64,000 nucleotides of DNA from Felis catus (taxonomy: Eukaryota). The notes under the pieces are model-generated. The model was given only the letters and a program-made list of their open reading frames with translations. It made no database searches and had not been told where the DNA came from. Both the position numbers and the translations under genes were made by a program. Of this stretch, positions 29,774 through 42,299 are shown in pieces. Within the stretch, counting starts at the first letter, position 1; each line of letters starts with the position of its first letter. Where the stretch lies: the NCBI RefSeq assembly GCF_018350175.1, contig NC_058368.1:173850001-173914000 (forward strand). The letters run 5' to 3'.

Positions 29774-32306
29774 AGAAACTGGTTCTTTAAAAGAATTAAC
29801 AAAATTGATAAACCACTAGCCAGTTTGATCAAAAAGAAAAAAGAAAGGACTCAAACAAAATCAAGAATGAAAGAGGAGAGACCACAACCAATACAGCAGA
29901 AATAAAAACAATAATAAGAGAATATTATGAGCAATTATACACCAATAAAATGGGCAATCTGGAAGAAATGGACAAATTCCTAGAAACATATACACTACCA
30001 AAACTGAAACAGAAAGAAATAGAAAATCGGAACAGACCCATAACCAGTAAGGAAATCGAATTAGTAATCAAAAGTCTATCAAAAAACAAGAGTCCAGGGC
30101 CAGATGGCTTTCCAGAGGAATTCTACCAAACATTTAAGGAAGAGTTAACACCTATTCTCTTGAAGCTGTTCCAAAAAATAGAAATGGAAGGAAAACTTCC
30201 AAACTCTATGAAGCCAGCATAACCTTGATTCCAAAACCAGACAAAGACCCCACTAAAAAGGAGAACTATAGACCAATTTTCCTGGTGAACATGGATGCAA
30301 AAATCCTCAACAAGATATTAGCCAACCAGATCTAAGAATACATTAAAAAAATTATTCACCACGACCAAGCGGGATTTATGCCTGGGATGCAGGGCTAGTT
30401 CAATATCTATAAAACAATTAATGTGATTCATCACACCAATAAAAGAAAGGACAAGAACCACATGATCCTCTCAACAGATGCAGAGAAAGCATTTGACAAA
30501 ATACAGCATCCTTTCTTGATAAAAACCCTAAAGAAAGTAGGGATAGAAGGAGCATACCTCGAGATCATAAAAGCCATATATGAAAGACCCAACGCTAATA
30601 TTATTGTCAATGGAGAAAAACTGAGAGCGTTCCCCCTAAGGTCAGGAACAAAACAGGGATGTCCTCTCTTGCCACTGTTATTTAACATAGTATTGGAAGT
30701 CTTAGCCTCAGCAATCAGACAACACAAAGCAATAAAAGGCATCCAAATCATTGAGGAGGAGGTCAGACTCTCACTCTTTGCAGATGACATGATACTCTAT
30801 ATGGAAAACCCTAAAGATTCCACCTAAAAACTGCTAGAACTGATTCATGAATTCAGGAAAGGGGCAGGATACAAAATCAGTACAGAAATCGGTTTCATTC
30901 CTATACACCAACAATGAAGCGGCAGAAAGAGAAACCAAGGAATTGATCCCATGTACAATTGCACAAAAAACCATAAAATACCTAGGAATAAATCTAACTG
31001 AAGAGGTGAAAAATCTAGACACTGAAAACTGTACAAAGCTTATGAAAGAAATTGAAGAAGACACAAAAAAAAGGGAAAAAGATTCCGTGCTCCTGGATAG
31101 GAAGAACAAATATTGTTAAAACGTCAATACTACCCAAAGTAATCTACATATTCAATGCAATCCCTATCAAAGTAACACCAACATTCTTCACAGAACTAGA
31201 ACAAATAATCCTAAAATTTGTATGGAACCAAAAAGACCCTGAATTGCCAAAGCAATCTTGAAAAAGAAAACTAAAGCAGGAGGCATCACATTCACAGACT
31301 TCAAGCTATACTACAAAGCTGTAATCATCAAGACAGTATGGTACTGGCACAAGAACAGACACTCAGATCAATGGAACAGAATAGAGAATCCAGAAATGGA
31401 CCCACAAACGTATGGCCAACTAATCTTTGACAAAGCAGGAAAGAATATCCAGTGGAATAAGGACAGTCTCTTCAGCAAGTGGTGCTGGGAAAACTGGACA
31501 GCGACATACAGAGAGATGAACCTGGACCACTTTCTTACACCATACACAAAAATAAACTCAAAATGGATGAAAGACCTAAATGTAAGACAGGAAGCCATCA
31601 AAATCCTCAAGGAGAAAGCAGGCAAACTGCTTTGACTTTGGCCGCAGCAACTTCTTACTCAACACATCTCCAGAGGCAAGGGAAACAAAAGCAAAAATGA
31701 ACTATTGGGACCTCATCAAAATAAAAAGCTTCTGCACAGCGAAGGAAACAATCAGCAAAGCTAAAAGGCAACCGACAGAATGGGAGAAGATATTTGCCAG
31801 TATCCAAAATCTATAAAGAACTTCTCAACCTCAGCACCCCAAAGACAAATAATCCAATGAAGAAATGGGCAAAAGACACGAATAGACACTTCTCCAAAGA
31901 AGACATCAGATGGCCAACTGACAAATGAAAAAAATGCTCAACATCACTCATTAGGGAAATACAAATCAAAACCACCATGAGATACCACCTCACACCTGTC
32001 AGAATGTCTAACATTAACAACTCAGGCAACAGATATTGGTGAGGATGCGGCCACTGCTGGTGGCACTGCTGGTGGGAATGCAAAATGGTGCAGCCACTCT
32101 GGAAAACAGTATAGAGGTTCCTCAAAAAACTAAAAATAGAACTACCCTATGACCCAGCAAATGCGCTACTGGTTATTAATCCACTGGGATACAGGTATGC
32201 TGTTTCGAAGGGGCACATGCACCCTGAAGTTTATAGCAGCACTATCAACAGCAGCCAAAGTATGGAAAGAGCCCAAATGTCCATCAACGGATGAATGGAT
32301 AAAGAA

Positions 32307-32309
<3 letters not shown>

Positions 32310-32354
<45 letters not shown>
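32310..32354. repeat. (TG)n microsatellite inside the L1 3' region (another at ~53323-53351)
   Basis: Uninterrupted TG dinucleotide run. Confidence 0.95.
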
Positions 32355-32356
<2 letters not shown>

Positions 32357-32769
32357 TACACACACACATAACATACAATGGAGTATTACTCAGCAATCAA
32401 AAAGAATGAAATCTTACTACTTGCAACTACGTGCATGGAACTAGAGGGTATTATGCTAAGTGAAATTAGTCAGAGAAAGCCAAATATCACATGACTTCAC
32501 TCAGATGAGGACTTTAAGAGACAAACAGATGAACATAAGGGAAGGGAAGCAAAAATAATATAAAAACAGGGAGGTAAACAAAAAAATGAGACTCTTAAAC
32601 ATGGAGAACAGCAGTTTGCCAAAGGGGTTGTGGGAGGGGGGATGGGCTAAATGGGTAAGGGGCATTAAGGAATCTACTCCTGAAATCATTGTTGTACTAT
32701 AAAATAACTAATTTGGATGTAAACTTAAAAAAAAATTAAATACAAATTTAAAAAAATAATATTTTGCAG

Positions 32770-34759
32770 GGTTAGTTTATTGATAATAAACTCTTAGTTT
32801 TTGTTTGTCTGGGAAACTATCTCTCCTTCTATACTGAATGACAGCCTTTCTGGATAGAGAATTCTTGGCTGCACATTTCTCCCATTCAGCACTTTGAATA
32901 TTATCAAGCCACATGTTTCTGACTTTGAAAGTTTCTGCTGCAAAATCCCCTGCTAGCCTTATGGGTTTTCCCTTCTTAGTTACTGTCATCTTTGGTCTTG
33001 CTTTAAAATTTGTTTCTTTATCACTATATTTTGCCAATTTAATTGCAATATGTCTTCGTGTGGATTTGTTTTGGCTGATTCTGATGGAAGTTCTCTGTGC
33101 CTCCTGGATGTGGTTATCTATTTCCCTTCTCAGATTAGGGAAGTTTTCAGCTATTTCTTCAAATAAATTTTTTGTTTCTCTCTCTTCTTCTGGGACTGCT
33201 ATGATACAAATATTATTATGCTTGATGAAGTCATCGAGTTCCCTAAGTCTATTCTCATTTTGCATAATTCTTTTTTCTCTCTTTTGTTCAGACCGATTAT
33301 TTTTCATTACTCTGCTTTTTAGGTCAATAATTCATCCTCTGTTTATTCCAGCCTGTTGGAAGAATCCTTTCTTCAAATGTGTTTCTCATTTCATTTATTG
33401 AGTCCTTTATCTCTGCTATGCTATTCCTTATCTGTTTCAAGAGCCTTACATCTCCCTCTCTTTTCTCAAGTCCACTGAGTATCCTTATGGTCACTACTTT
33501 AAATTCTCTACCAGGCATGTTACTTATATCTGTTTCACTTAGATCTCTGCCCATGGCCTTGTCCTGTTCTTTTATTTGGGATAAATTTTTGTTGTCTCAT
33601 TTTGTCTAAGTCTCTGTGCCTGTTTCTGTGTGTTAGGTAAGTCAGCTATGTCTCTTGCTGTTGAAAGTAACCGCCTTACGTAGAAGATGTCCTCTAGTGC
33701 TCTGCTGTTTAGTGTCTCGTTCCCCAGGGCCTGCTGCTTCTGAGAGGGTCTCCAATGTGTACTGCATGTGCTCTGTCTTGTCCTGGCCACTTTATCCTTC
33801 AGGCTAGTCATTTGCAAAGACTCTCTTTGCCTATTGTGGGTAGCGTTTGGTCCCTGGCCTGAATGTGGTGCGTTTTAACTAGGTGTGTTCTGGTCTGTTT
33901 GTGAAATGAGACTGTTGCCACCGTCACCAGAACTGAGGCTCTGCAAAACTCCCAAGTCAGGAGACATGGTGTGAGCAGGGTTTGGGACAGTTTTCTGTGG
34001 AAAGGGGCCCACCATGCAGAATATGAGGCAAGTGTGACTAGCAGGGGCAGTTCTAAAGAGTATGGGGAGTGGGGCTTGGTGTAAGCAAGTTAGGTAGCAT
34101 ATTTGATGATGCTCTGGATCCCACATGTAGCTCTGTGTTTATGTGAGGGGCAGGGGAGGGAAATGGCACCAGCCAGTTCCATGGTTTCTGGAGGGGTATC
34201 TCCACTGACACTCTCTGGGATATGCTCTGAGATAAGCGAATAGCCTCCACACTGTGTGACCCAGACACTCTTGGGATCACTGTTTCCATGCTGTATATCT
34301 GTGTGTTGTTTGCCTGCCACCTCTCCAACAGCAGAGCAATGCCTTCTGGGTTCTATCCCAGCCAAGCCCACTGACCTTTGAAACACCAGGCTTTAAGCCC
34401 CACTGGTTGCAGGAACTTATGAAATTGGCCTCTTTTACTTTCCAAGCTAATTGCTGGATATGGGGATTTGTTTTCCCTGTGTGCTCCCCTGTGTGCTAGT
34501 CTGTCTCTCACCCTTCTCCGTGACCATGGCTCCCTCCTCAAGGTAGAAGCCACTATCTGTTTCTGTCCCAAACCACATCTTTGCACTTCCTATTTTCTTC
34601 ATTGTGGCCTTTTTTCTACCTTTAGTTGTGAGTTTGTTATGCCAGTCTTCAGGTCAATTTCTGAGGTATTTAGGATGATTTGATAGTCATCTAGTTGTAT
34701 GCATGGGATGAAGTGAGCCTAAAGTCCTCCTACTCTCTGCTGCCATGTTTCCCACCCCA
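32770..34759 (-). mobile_element. Older carnivore L1, 5' UTR and ORF1 portion
   Basis: ORF 32777..33307(-) is L1 ORF1p-like (IAENFPNL...IQEAQRT...PIRLAGDF); minus-strand 5' end GGGGTGGGAAACATGGCAGCAGAGAGTAGGAGGAC. Confidence 0.88.
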
Positions 34760-35374
34760 CATTAATTGATTTTTGAATGAACAGCCTTGCATACTTAGGA
34801 TATATTCCTCTTGATCATGGTATATAATTCTTTTTAGACACTGTTGGCTTCAGCTTGCTAATACTTTGTTGAGTTTTTCTGCATATGTTCAGTGAGAGAT
34901 ATTAATCTGTTTTTCTTTTCTTATAATGTCTTTGTCTGGTTTTAGGGTGTTAGGGTAATGCTGGCCTTATAGAGTTAGGCTGTGTCTTCTCTGCTTCCAT
35001 ATCTTCTATAGAGAATTGGTATAATTTTTTCCTTAAATGTTTAGTAGAATATGCCAGTGAACCCAACTGGGCTTGGTACTTTCTGGTTTAGAAGGTTATT
35101 AATCATTGATTCAATTTCCTTATTAGATATAGGTCTATTCAGACTGTTCATATAACTTCTGTAACAAAAAATTTAAAATTTAAAAAATGTTTGTTCTCCC
35201 CCAAACTAACCTATAAATTCAATAAATACCAAGCAAAATTCCAATGGTATTTTTAAAAGAAATGGAGATGATTCGAAAGTTCATCTGAATCAGAAAAGGC
35301 TCAAGAGTAACATAAAAAAACAAAAACAAAAATGAAAAACTATAAGGGAAAGCAAAAGATAAGTCAAGAGGTGA

Positions 35375-36461
35375 AAAGGGTTCCTGGATCCAATTCCAGT
35401 GTGTTCTGTGGAGACTTCCCCACACCAACAAGCAATTCTCTCATGTCTGAGAATTCAACTCAACTCTGACATGATCTACCTGGAGACAGAATCATATTCC
35501 GTAGGTAACAGGCTCAGTTAGACAAACTTCCAAACCCTCTCCAGGTGTGCCACTCTCCTAGCACTTTTTTTAAAGTTTATTTATTTTGAGAGAGAGACAG
35601 AGACAGAGAGAGAGAGAGCGAGCCAGCACAGAGCCTGCTGTGGGGCTTAAACTCACAACTGTGAGATCATGACCGAGCTGAAATCAAGAGTCAGATGCCA
35701 ACTGACTGAGCCACCCAGGCGCCGTTCTCCTAGCACCTCTATGTGTTCACCAACCCAGAAGCTCTCCAGACGTCCTTTGGGTTCTTATAAAGGCTTCATT
35801 ATATAGTCAGAATTGATTGAATCATTGGTCACTGGTGATTGAAGTCAATCTCTAGGCCCTCTCCACTCTCTGGAGGTCTGGGGATGGGACTGAAAATTCC
35901 AATCCTCTAATCATCTGGCTTCACTGGTAACCAGCTCCCTTATTTAGGTGTTTTCCAAAAGTCACCTCACTACCATAACAAAGAACACCTTTAACTTCTC
36001 ATCACTTAAGGAGTTCCAAGGGTTTTGAGAGCTGTGAGCAAAGAACCATGGATAAAGACTACATATATGTGAGAAATATATATTTTGTCATCTGAATGAT
36101 CAAAAAATATGTATATATATTTAAAAATTTTTTTAATTTAAATTTTTACAAATTTAAATCCAAGTTACTTAACATATAGTGTAGGGTACCTGGGTGGCTC
36201 AGTCTGGTAAGCATCGGACTTCAGCTTAGGTCACGATCTCAGTTTGTGTGTTTGAGACCCATGTTGGGCTCTGTGCCGACAGCTCAGAGCCTGGAGCCTC
36301 CTTCAGATTCTGTGTCTCCCTCTCTCTCTGCCCCTCCCAGTTCATGCTCTGTCTCTCTCTTTCAAAAATAAACATTTAAAAAATTATTTAAAAAACCATA
36401 TACTGTAGTAATGGTTTCAGAAGTAGAATATATATGTAATTCTTATAAATCACAATATCAC
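35375..36461 (-). mobile_element. MER21-like solo LTR carrying two SINE insertions
   Basis: Ends ATCACAATATCACA (reverse complement of the TGTGATATTGTGAT start at 18104); SINEs at ~35565-35723(-) and ~36184-36395(+). Confidence 0.72.
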
Positions 36462-38563
36462 AGGAGGCTTTGCCCTACTAAATAGCAAGGTAAACTGCAG
36501 AGGTGCAGTAATTAAAATATGCAGAAAATAGGTCCAAATTATCTAGAAAATTTATGACACAGGTAGTTTTTCATATATGTGGGTAGATCATTTGATAGTA
36601 TTAAATAAGCTAACATTTGAGAAGAGTTTCCCTTTCAGCAAAATTCTAGACAATTGAAACATTAGACTATCAGATTCGGCACAAATCTAAGAAGCTTATA
36701 ATAACCAGGTTGGCCAAAGTATAAGAAAACGGGTATTCTCATACAGAGTCTGTATTAAGAATATATGTTATAACCTTTTGGAAGTATAATTTAGTGGCTA
36801 TGTGTCAACGACCTCAGCTGCAAGCAAAAAACAAACAAAACACCCAAAATCTTCCTCTAATTTAACCACAAAAGGAGCTTATAGAGGATAATGGGTAGTT
36901 TCTAGAATGTAGACAAGAGCCTGAAAACCAAGCTTGGAATCTACACAACCAAAATCCAGTGCTCCAAACCATATGGTACAACTGAGTACCCCATTATCAC
37001 GGGCACTGGACACAAACACCCCAGCTTGTATGGCCAGCAGCACCATGCTATATACCCTGCCACCTGCACCTTTATAATTGCTACATGTCATTGCTGATGC
37101 CATCTCACCAAAATGGAGTACAAGGACCCTGCTGCTTCTCAGCATTTCCAATTCAAAGTCTGGAGTAAGTACATCTGACTGGTGTATCTAGGTTCTATGT
37201 CCAAGCCCTATGTGCAAAGTCGTCTGGGAATGTGATGTGAGTATCTGGCGTTTCGGCTTCTTTAGTTAGAAACAGATTATATCTCCAAAGGTGGGAGTTC
37301 TGTAAACACAGTTCTGGGATTCAGATACTAGGATCCCACAAAGAATGACATATTGTTCTCGACCATGGTATATATTAAAATTATAAATACATACTACTCT
37401 TTAACTCCAAAATCCCACTGTAAGGAATTTGTCCTACAAATGTATTCTCATGACCATGAAAGAGAGTTCATCACATCTTCTGTAATAGCAAAATTAAAAT
37501 CAGTAAGGGCTGGTCAATAAATTATGGTCTTTTTCAAAATATTAGAATAACATGCAGCTGATAAATACTTACTAAATGAATACTATGTGCCAGGAATCAC
37601 CATGTTATGCACTAGGAATACCACTGTAAGCAAAATGGGCAACAGTTTTGATGAGGTACTAATATTTTTTTAAATGCCTAAAATATATTTAGTGGTTTAA
37701 AAGATTAGAATGACTCCATTGGGAAAAAAGACACTTATGCATTTTTGTGTACACACAGAGAAAACTTCGGGAACAATACACAAAAACTTACTTATCTCAG
37801 AGTGGCAATGGACAGGGGTGGGTTTTTTCCTGAGGCCCTGAATTTTTTACCTCTATTTAAAATTTTAAAATACTTTTTATAATTTAAAATGGGGAAATTT
37901 TATTTTTCAGGTGGTATGATTACCTTAAAAAAACAGAAAACAAAGAGAACCCACTGGAGAGTCTAGGGTTTCCTTCTGGAGTAAGGAAAATGTTCTAAAA
38001 TTAGATAGTGGTGAAGGTCAAACAACTCAGGGAATTTTATGGGTGGGAATCTTCACGTAAGGTATGGAATTATATCTTAATAAAGCTGTTAATGGGGGAT
38101 GGGGTAAGTGATCTGCAGGCTTACATGAGTGCTGACCTTGATTTAAGATTCAAATTAGTGTGACATCTGATGTTTAAATTCAAAATGTAGGTGAATTCTG
38201 CCTTTTATTCTAAGACATAGCCACATTTTTTAGTTTTAAAAGTCTTAGTAGCCTGGAAAAAAAATTAGCCTGGGATAGCTGCCATATATATCCCTTGGCT
38301 CTCCCATCACATAAAATTATTTTGACGTAACTGCAACAAAACTTAGCAGGAGAAAAGGATTCCTTAGAAAATCAGCAAAAGGAATTGTTTCTCCTAGAAT
38401 AAATAGTTACTGAGCACCTACTACACTCAAGGCACTAAGCTAGTTGCTGGGGATATGGCTGTGTCCAACAGTGTACTTTTATTTGGAGGAAGGGATTGAG
38501 AAAGAAAAGACGATTTTTAAAAATATTACTAAAGTACATGATAGGGGTTTAAAAAATAATTTT

Positions 38564-39418
38564 GGGGGCTGCCTGCATGGCTCACTTGGTTAAGTGTCTG
38601 AGTCATGGTTTTAGCTGGGGTCATGATCTCGCAGTTCATGGGTTTGAGCCCCATGTCAGGCTCTGTGATGACAGTGAGGGGCCTGCTTGGGATTCTCTCT
38701 CTCCCTCTCTCTCTCTGCCCCTTTCCTGCTCACTCTCTCATTCAAAATAAATAAACTTAAAAAAATAATTTTTGGATTAAAAAACTGCAATGGGTCTATT
38801 CTTCTAAAACCATACATTAAAAAAATTTTTTTTAACGTTTATTTTTGAGAGACAGAGACAGAGAACGAGCAAGGGAGGAACAGAAAGAGAGGGAGACACA
38901 GAATCTGAAGCAGGCTCCAGGCTCTGAGCTGTCAGTACAGAGTCCAATGTGGGGCTCAAACCCATGAAGTGTGAGATCGTGACCTGAGCTGAAGTCAGAC
39001 GCTTATCCGACTGAACCACCCAGGTGCCCCTAAAACTACACATTTAAAAAACAGAATATTTTGCAACTTGCTTTTTTCAACTTATCCATTTATTTCTAGT
39101 GCCTCCAGAGGATGTGCCTTCAGAAACCTGGTGAGAGGTTTGCAAGTTCACCCCAGGATTTTCTTTTTTAAAATTTTATTTATTTAATTTTATTTTTATT
39201 ATTAAAAATTATTTTAATGTTTATTTACTTTTGAGAGAGAGCATGAGCACACAAGTGGGGGAGGGACAGAGAGCGAAGGAGTGGGAGACACAGGATCTGA
39301 AGTAGGCTCTAGGCTCTGAGCTGTCAGTGCAGAGCCCAAGGAGGTGCTTGAACTCATGAACGGTGAGATCACCACCTGGGCCGAAGTGGGATGCTTAACT
39401 AAGACACCCAGATGCCCT
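38564..39418. mobile_element. SINEC cluster: 38564-38765(+), 38819-39030(-), 39165-39418(-)
   Basis: Canonical SINEC bodies; the first two are tail-to-tail about 55 bp apart. Confidence 0.88.
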
Positions 39419-39847
39419 CACCCCAGGATTTTCAAGATTGAGACTAATGGTGGTAAACCTGTTCTACTAGTTAGCACCTGGCTGACCCTACCTCAGATTC
39501 TTCATCTATCAAATAGGGATAATAACAGTACCAAACTTACAGGGCTGCAGTGAAGATTACATGAGCCAATCCATGCAACGTACTTAATTAACAGGGTGCC
39601 TAGCATAAAGGCAAGCTATTCTTACTATGTGAGGCTCACCATGATTGGCATGCTCAACCCTGTGGGGCAACCAGTTACTCAGAATCAAAACACTAGCTCC
39701 AGGACAAGAAACGCACAGGATTCAAAGCAAGTTTTATTGATTGCCAAAAAGGAAACCCCATAAAATGAAAGGTAAGCCATGTTTCTAATTAGGAAGACAG
39801 TATTATAAAGATGTTATTTCTCTTTCAATTAACTTATAAATCCAACA

Positions 39848-40046
39848 CAGTAGTTTTGAACCAGTGGCAATTTTGCCCTCCAGGAGACACTCGGGAGTGT
39901 CTAGAGACACTTTCGGTTGTAACAAGTTGGGGGAAAGGTGAGGTGCTGCTACTGGCTGGCAACTAGTGGGCAGAGACCAAAGATGCTGCTAAACATTCCA
40001 CAGTGCACAGAACAGCCTCCCACAACAAAGAATTACCTGACCCAAA
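39848..40046 (+). mobile_element. MER20 (hAT-Charlie) relic
   Basis: CAGTAGTTTTGAACCAGTGGCAATTTTGCCCTCCAGGAGACA...GATGCTGCTAAACATTCCACAGTGCACAGAACAGCCTCCCACAACAAAGAATTA. Confidence 0.85.
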
Positions 40047-40904
40047 GGAACCCTAATCAAATGCAATCCTGGACAAAATGATTCTAAAATTCTTTTGGAG
40101 GCCTATATGGGCACAATAACCAAGAAATTTCGGGAGAAAAATAAGGAAAGATAATTGCTCTATTAGATATCAAAAAATATGATCAAACCACAAAAATAAA
40201 ACAGTAAAGTTCTGTCATTGAAAATAGACCAATCAATGAAACACAAAAGAAAACCTAGAAACAGACACAAGTGTATAAAATAATTCGGTGTTAAAAATAT
40301 GTCTCAAATATGTGGAAAAAAGATAATTATTTGAGAAATGATTCCCAGACAATTAACACCATATATTAAAAACTCTCATATCTAGAGTGTTCCCCTCCTA
40401 TATCTGCAATCAGGGTGCATCTAATAGTTGGTCTCACATTTCATGTGGTAGTTTCTTTTTTCCTGAAAAGCTGTTCTTAAGTTGACAGCAAGTCTTACAT
40501 AGGGCAATACGGTATATGGAAAATGACAGGTATATTTCATGCCATATAAAACATTTTAGGTGAATTAAAGATCTAAATGTAAGAATGAGATGGTAAAAGA
40601 ATAATAATAAGGAAATAAAAGGAAAGTAATCTCAGGACAGGAAAGATCTCTCTAAACATAAAACAAAGAAAAAAACCATAAAGATAAAAGATGCACAGAT
40701 ACATACATAAAAGTGGAAAACTTCATTAAGTAAAACACCACAAAGTACAGATTTCTAAATTTAGTATCATCCCCATTTTAAAAGTAGAAATTGTTTGCAG
40801 GTTGACAAAATGATTTTAAAGTGATCTGACAGAATAAACATGCAAAACTAGTCAAAAAAAATTCTAAAAAGAGCAATGAAGAGTTTCCTCTGCTTATTGT
40901 TAAA

Positions 40905-41359
40905 ATTTTTAATGCTTATTTATTTTAGAGAGACAGAGACAGAGTGTGCACAGGGAAGGGACACAGAATCTGAAGCAGGCTCCAGGCCCTGAGCTGTCAG
41001 TACAAAGCCTGATGTAGGGCTTGGGGCGCCTGGGTGGCTCGGTCAGTTAAGCGTCAGACTTCGGCTCAGGTCATGATCTCACGGTCTGTGAGTTCGAGCC
41101 CCGCATCAGGCTCTGTGCTGACCGCTCAGAGCCTGGAGCCTGTTTCGGATTCTGTGTCTCCCTCTCTCTCTGCCCCTCCCCTGTTCATGCTCTGCCTCTC
41201 TCTGTCTCAAAAATAAATAAACGTTAAAAAAAAAAAATTAAAAAAAAAAAACCAAAGCCTGATGTGGGGCTCGAACACAGGGGCTCAAATTCAGGAGCCG
41301 TGAGACCACGACCTGCGCTGAAGTCCAACGCTTAACTGACTGAGCCACCCAGGTGCCCC
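40905..41359. mobile_element. Minus-strand SINEC split by a plus-strand SINEC (41023-41252)
   Basis: TSD CAAAGCCTGATGT(A/G)GGGCT at 41003-41021 and 41253-41271. Confidence 0.92.
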
Positions 41360-41740
41360 TCCTCTGCTTATTATTAAAATAGCATGTACCAAGGCGAGAA
41401 AAGAAAGTCCACAAATAGACACAAAAATATATAAAAGTTTACCATTTGATAAAGGTAATATTTCAAACCACAGGGTAGAAAGGATAGATAATTCAATAAA
41501 TGTTAGGACAACTAGCTAACCATCCTGAAAGAAAAAGATGACTATTTTATCCCTTTTTTGAAATTAATTCCACGTGGATTAATAAATTAAATGTAAAAAA
41601 TATTTTTATAATCTTAAGAGGAAAGGCTTCCTAAGGAAAAGAGTGATAGAACTGGCTACACAAGAATTTAAAACTTTTGTAAAGAACCAAAAGAAATAAA
41701 AAATTGGGGGGGGGGGAGTAATGTGTATAACACAGGGGGC

Positions 41741-42169
41741 TGTATTAGTTTCCTAGCACAAATTACTGCAAGATAGCTTAAAACAACAGGCATCTATCAT
41801 CTCACAGTTCTGGAGGCTTAAAAGTCAAAACCAATCTGCAGTGCCACGTTCTCTCGAAGCCTGTAGAAGAGAATCTGTTCCATGCCTTTCTCTTAGTTTC
41901 TGGTGTCACCAGCAATCCTTGGTATTCCTTGATTTGCAGCTTCAACTCCCATCTTTGTTTCTATTGTCACATGGTGTTCTTCCTCTATCCTCATGTCTTC
42001 TTATAAGGACACCAGTCATATTAGATTAGTAAGGGCCCACCCTACTCTGTATGACCTCGTCTTCAATTACTACATCTGCAATGGCCCTATTTCCCAATAA
42101 GGTCACATTTTGTAGTGGTGGTTAGGCCTTTGACATATCTTTTTGAAGGACCCAATTCAACCCATAACA
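41741..42169 (-). mobile_element. MLT1 (ERVL-MaLR) solo LTR
   Basis: TGTATTAGTTTCCTAG...TCTCACAGTTCTGGAGGC...CTTATAAGGACACCAGTCATATT...AATTCAACCCATAACA. Confidence 0.85.
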
Positions 42170-42299
42170 AGTCTTTAATATGTAAGGAAAATTTACAAAT
42201 AACACCCCAATAGGAGAAGAACAGGTAATCTTCATGCACACAATCTCTCTCTATATATATACCCAATATACCACCAATAAACATGTTCAAGATGTCCAG

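Larger units (their letters stand above)
25804..32756 (+). mobile_element. Full-length but inactivated felid L1 (L1_Fc-like), antisense to SIMC1 in intron 1
   Basis: 5' end GGGGAGTAGCCAACATGGCCGAA; ORF1 remnant from ~27477; ORF2 from 28435 with endonuclease motifs (TLNVNGLN, CCLQETH, IVGDFNTP, SDH) and RT LFADDM (~30775-30792); 3' UTR and A-rich tail; 13-bp TSD TAATATTTTGCAG at 25791-25803 and 32757-32769; many stops and frameshifts. Confidence 0.95.

Noticed and set aside
27477..32480. Full-length L1 as a retrotransposition-competent element
   Set aside because: ORF1 and ORF2 are broken by several stops and frameshifts (e.g. stops ending at 28635 and 30827) and by a SINE insertion
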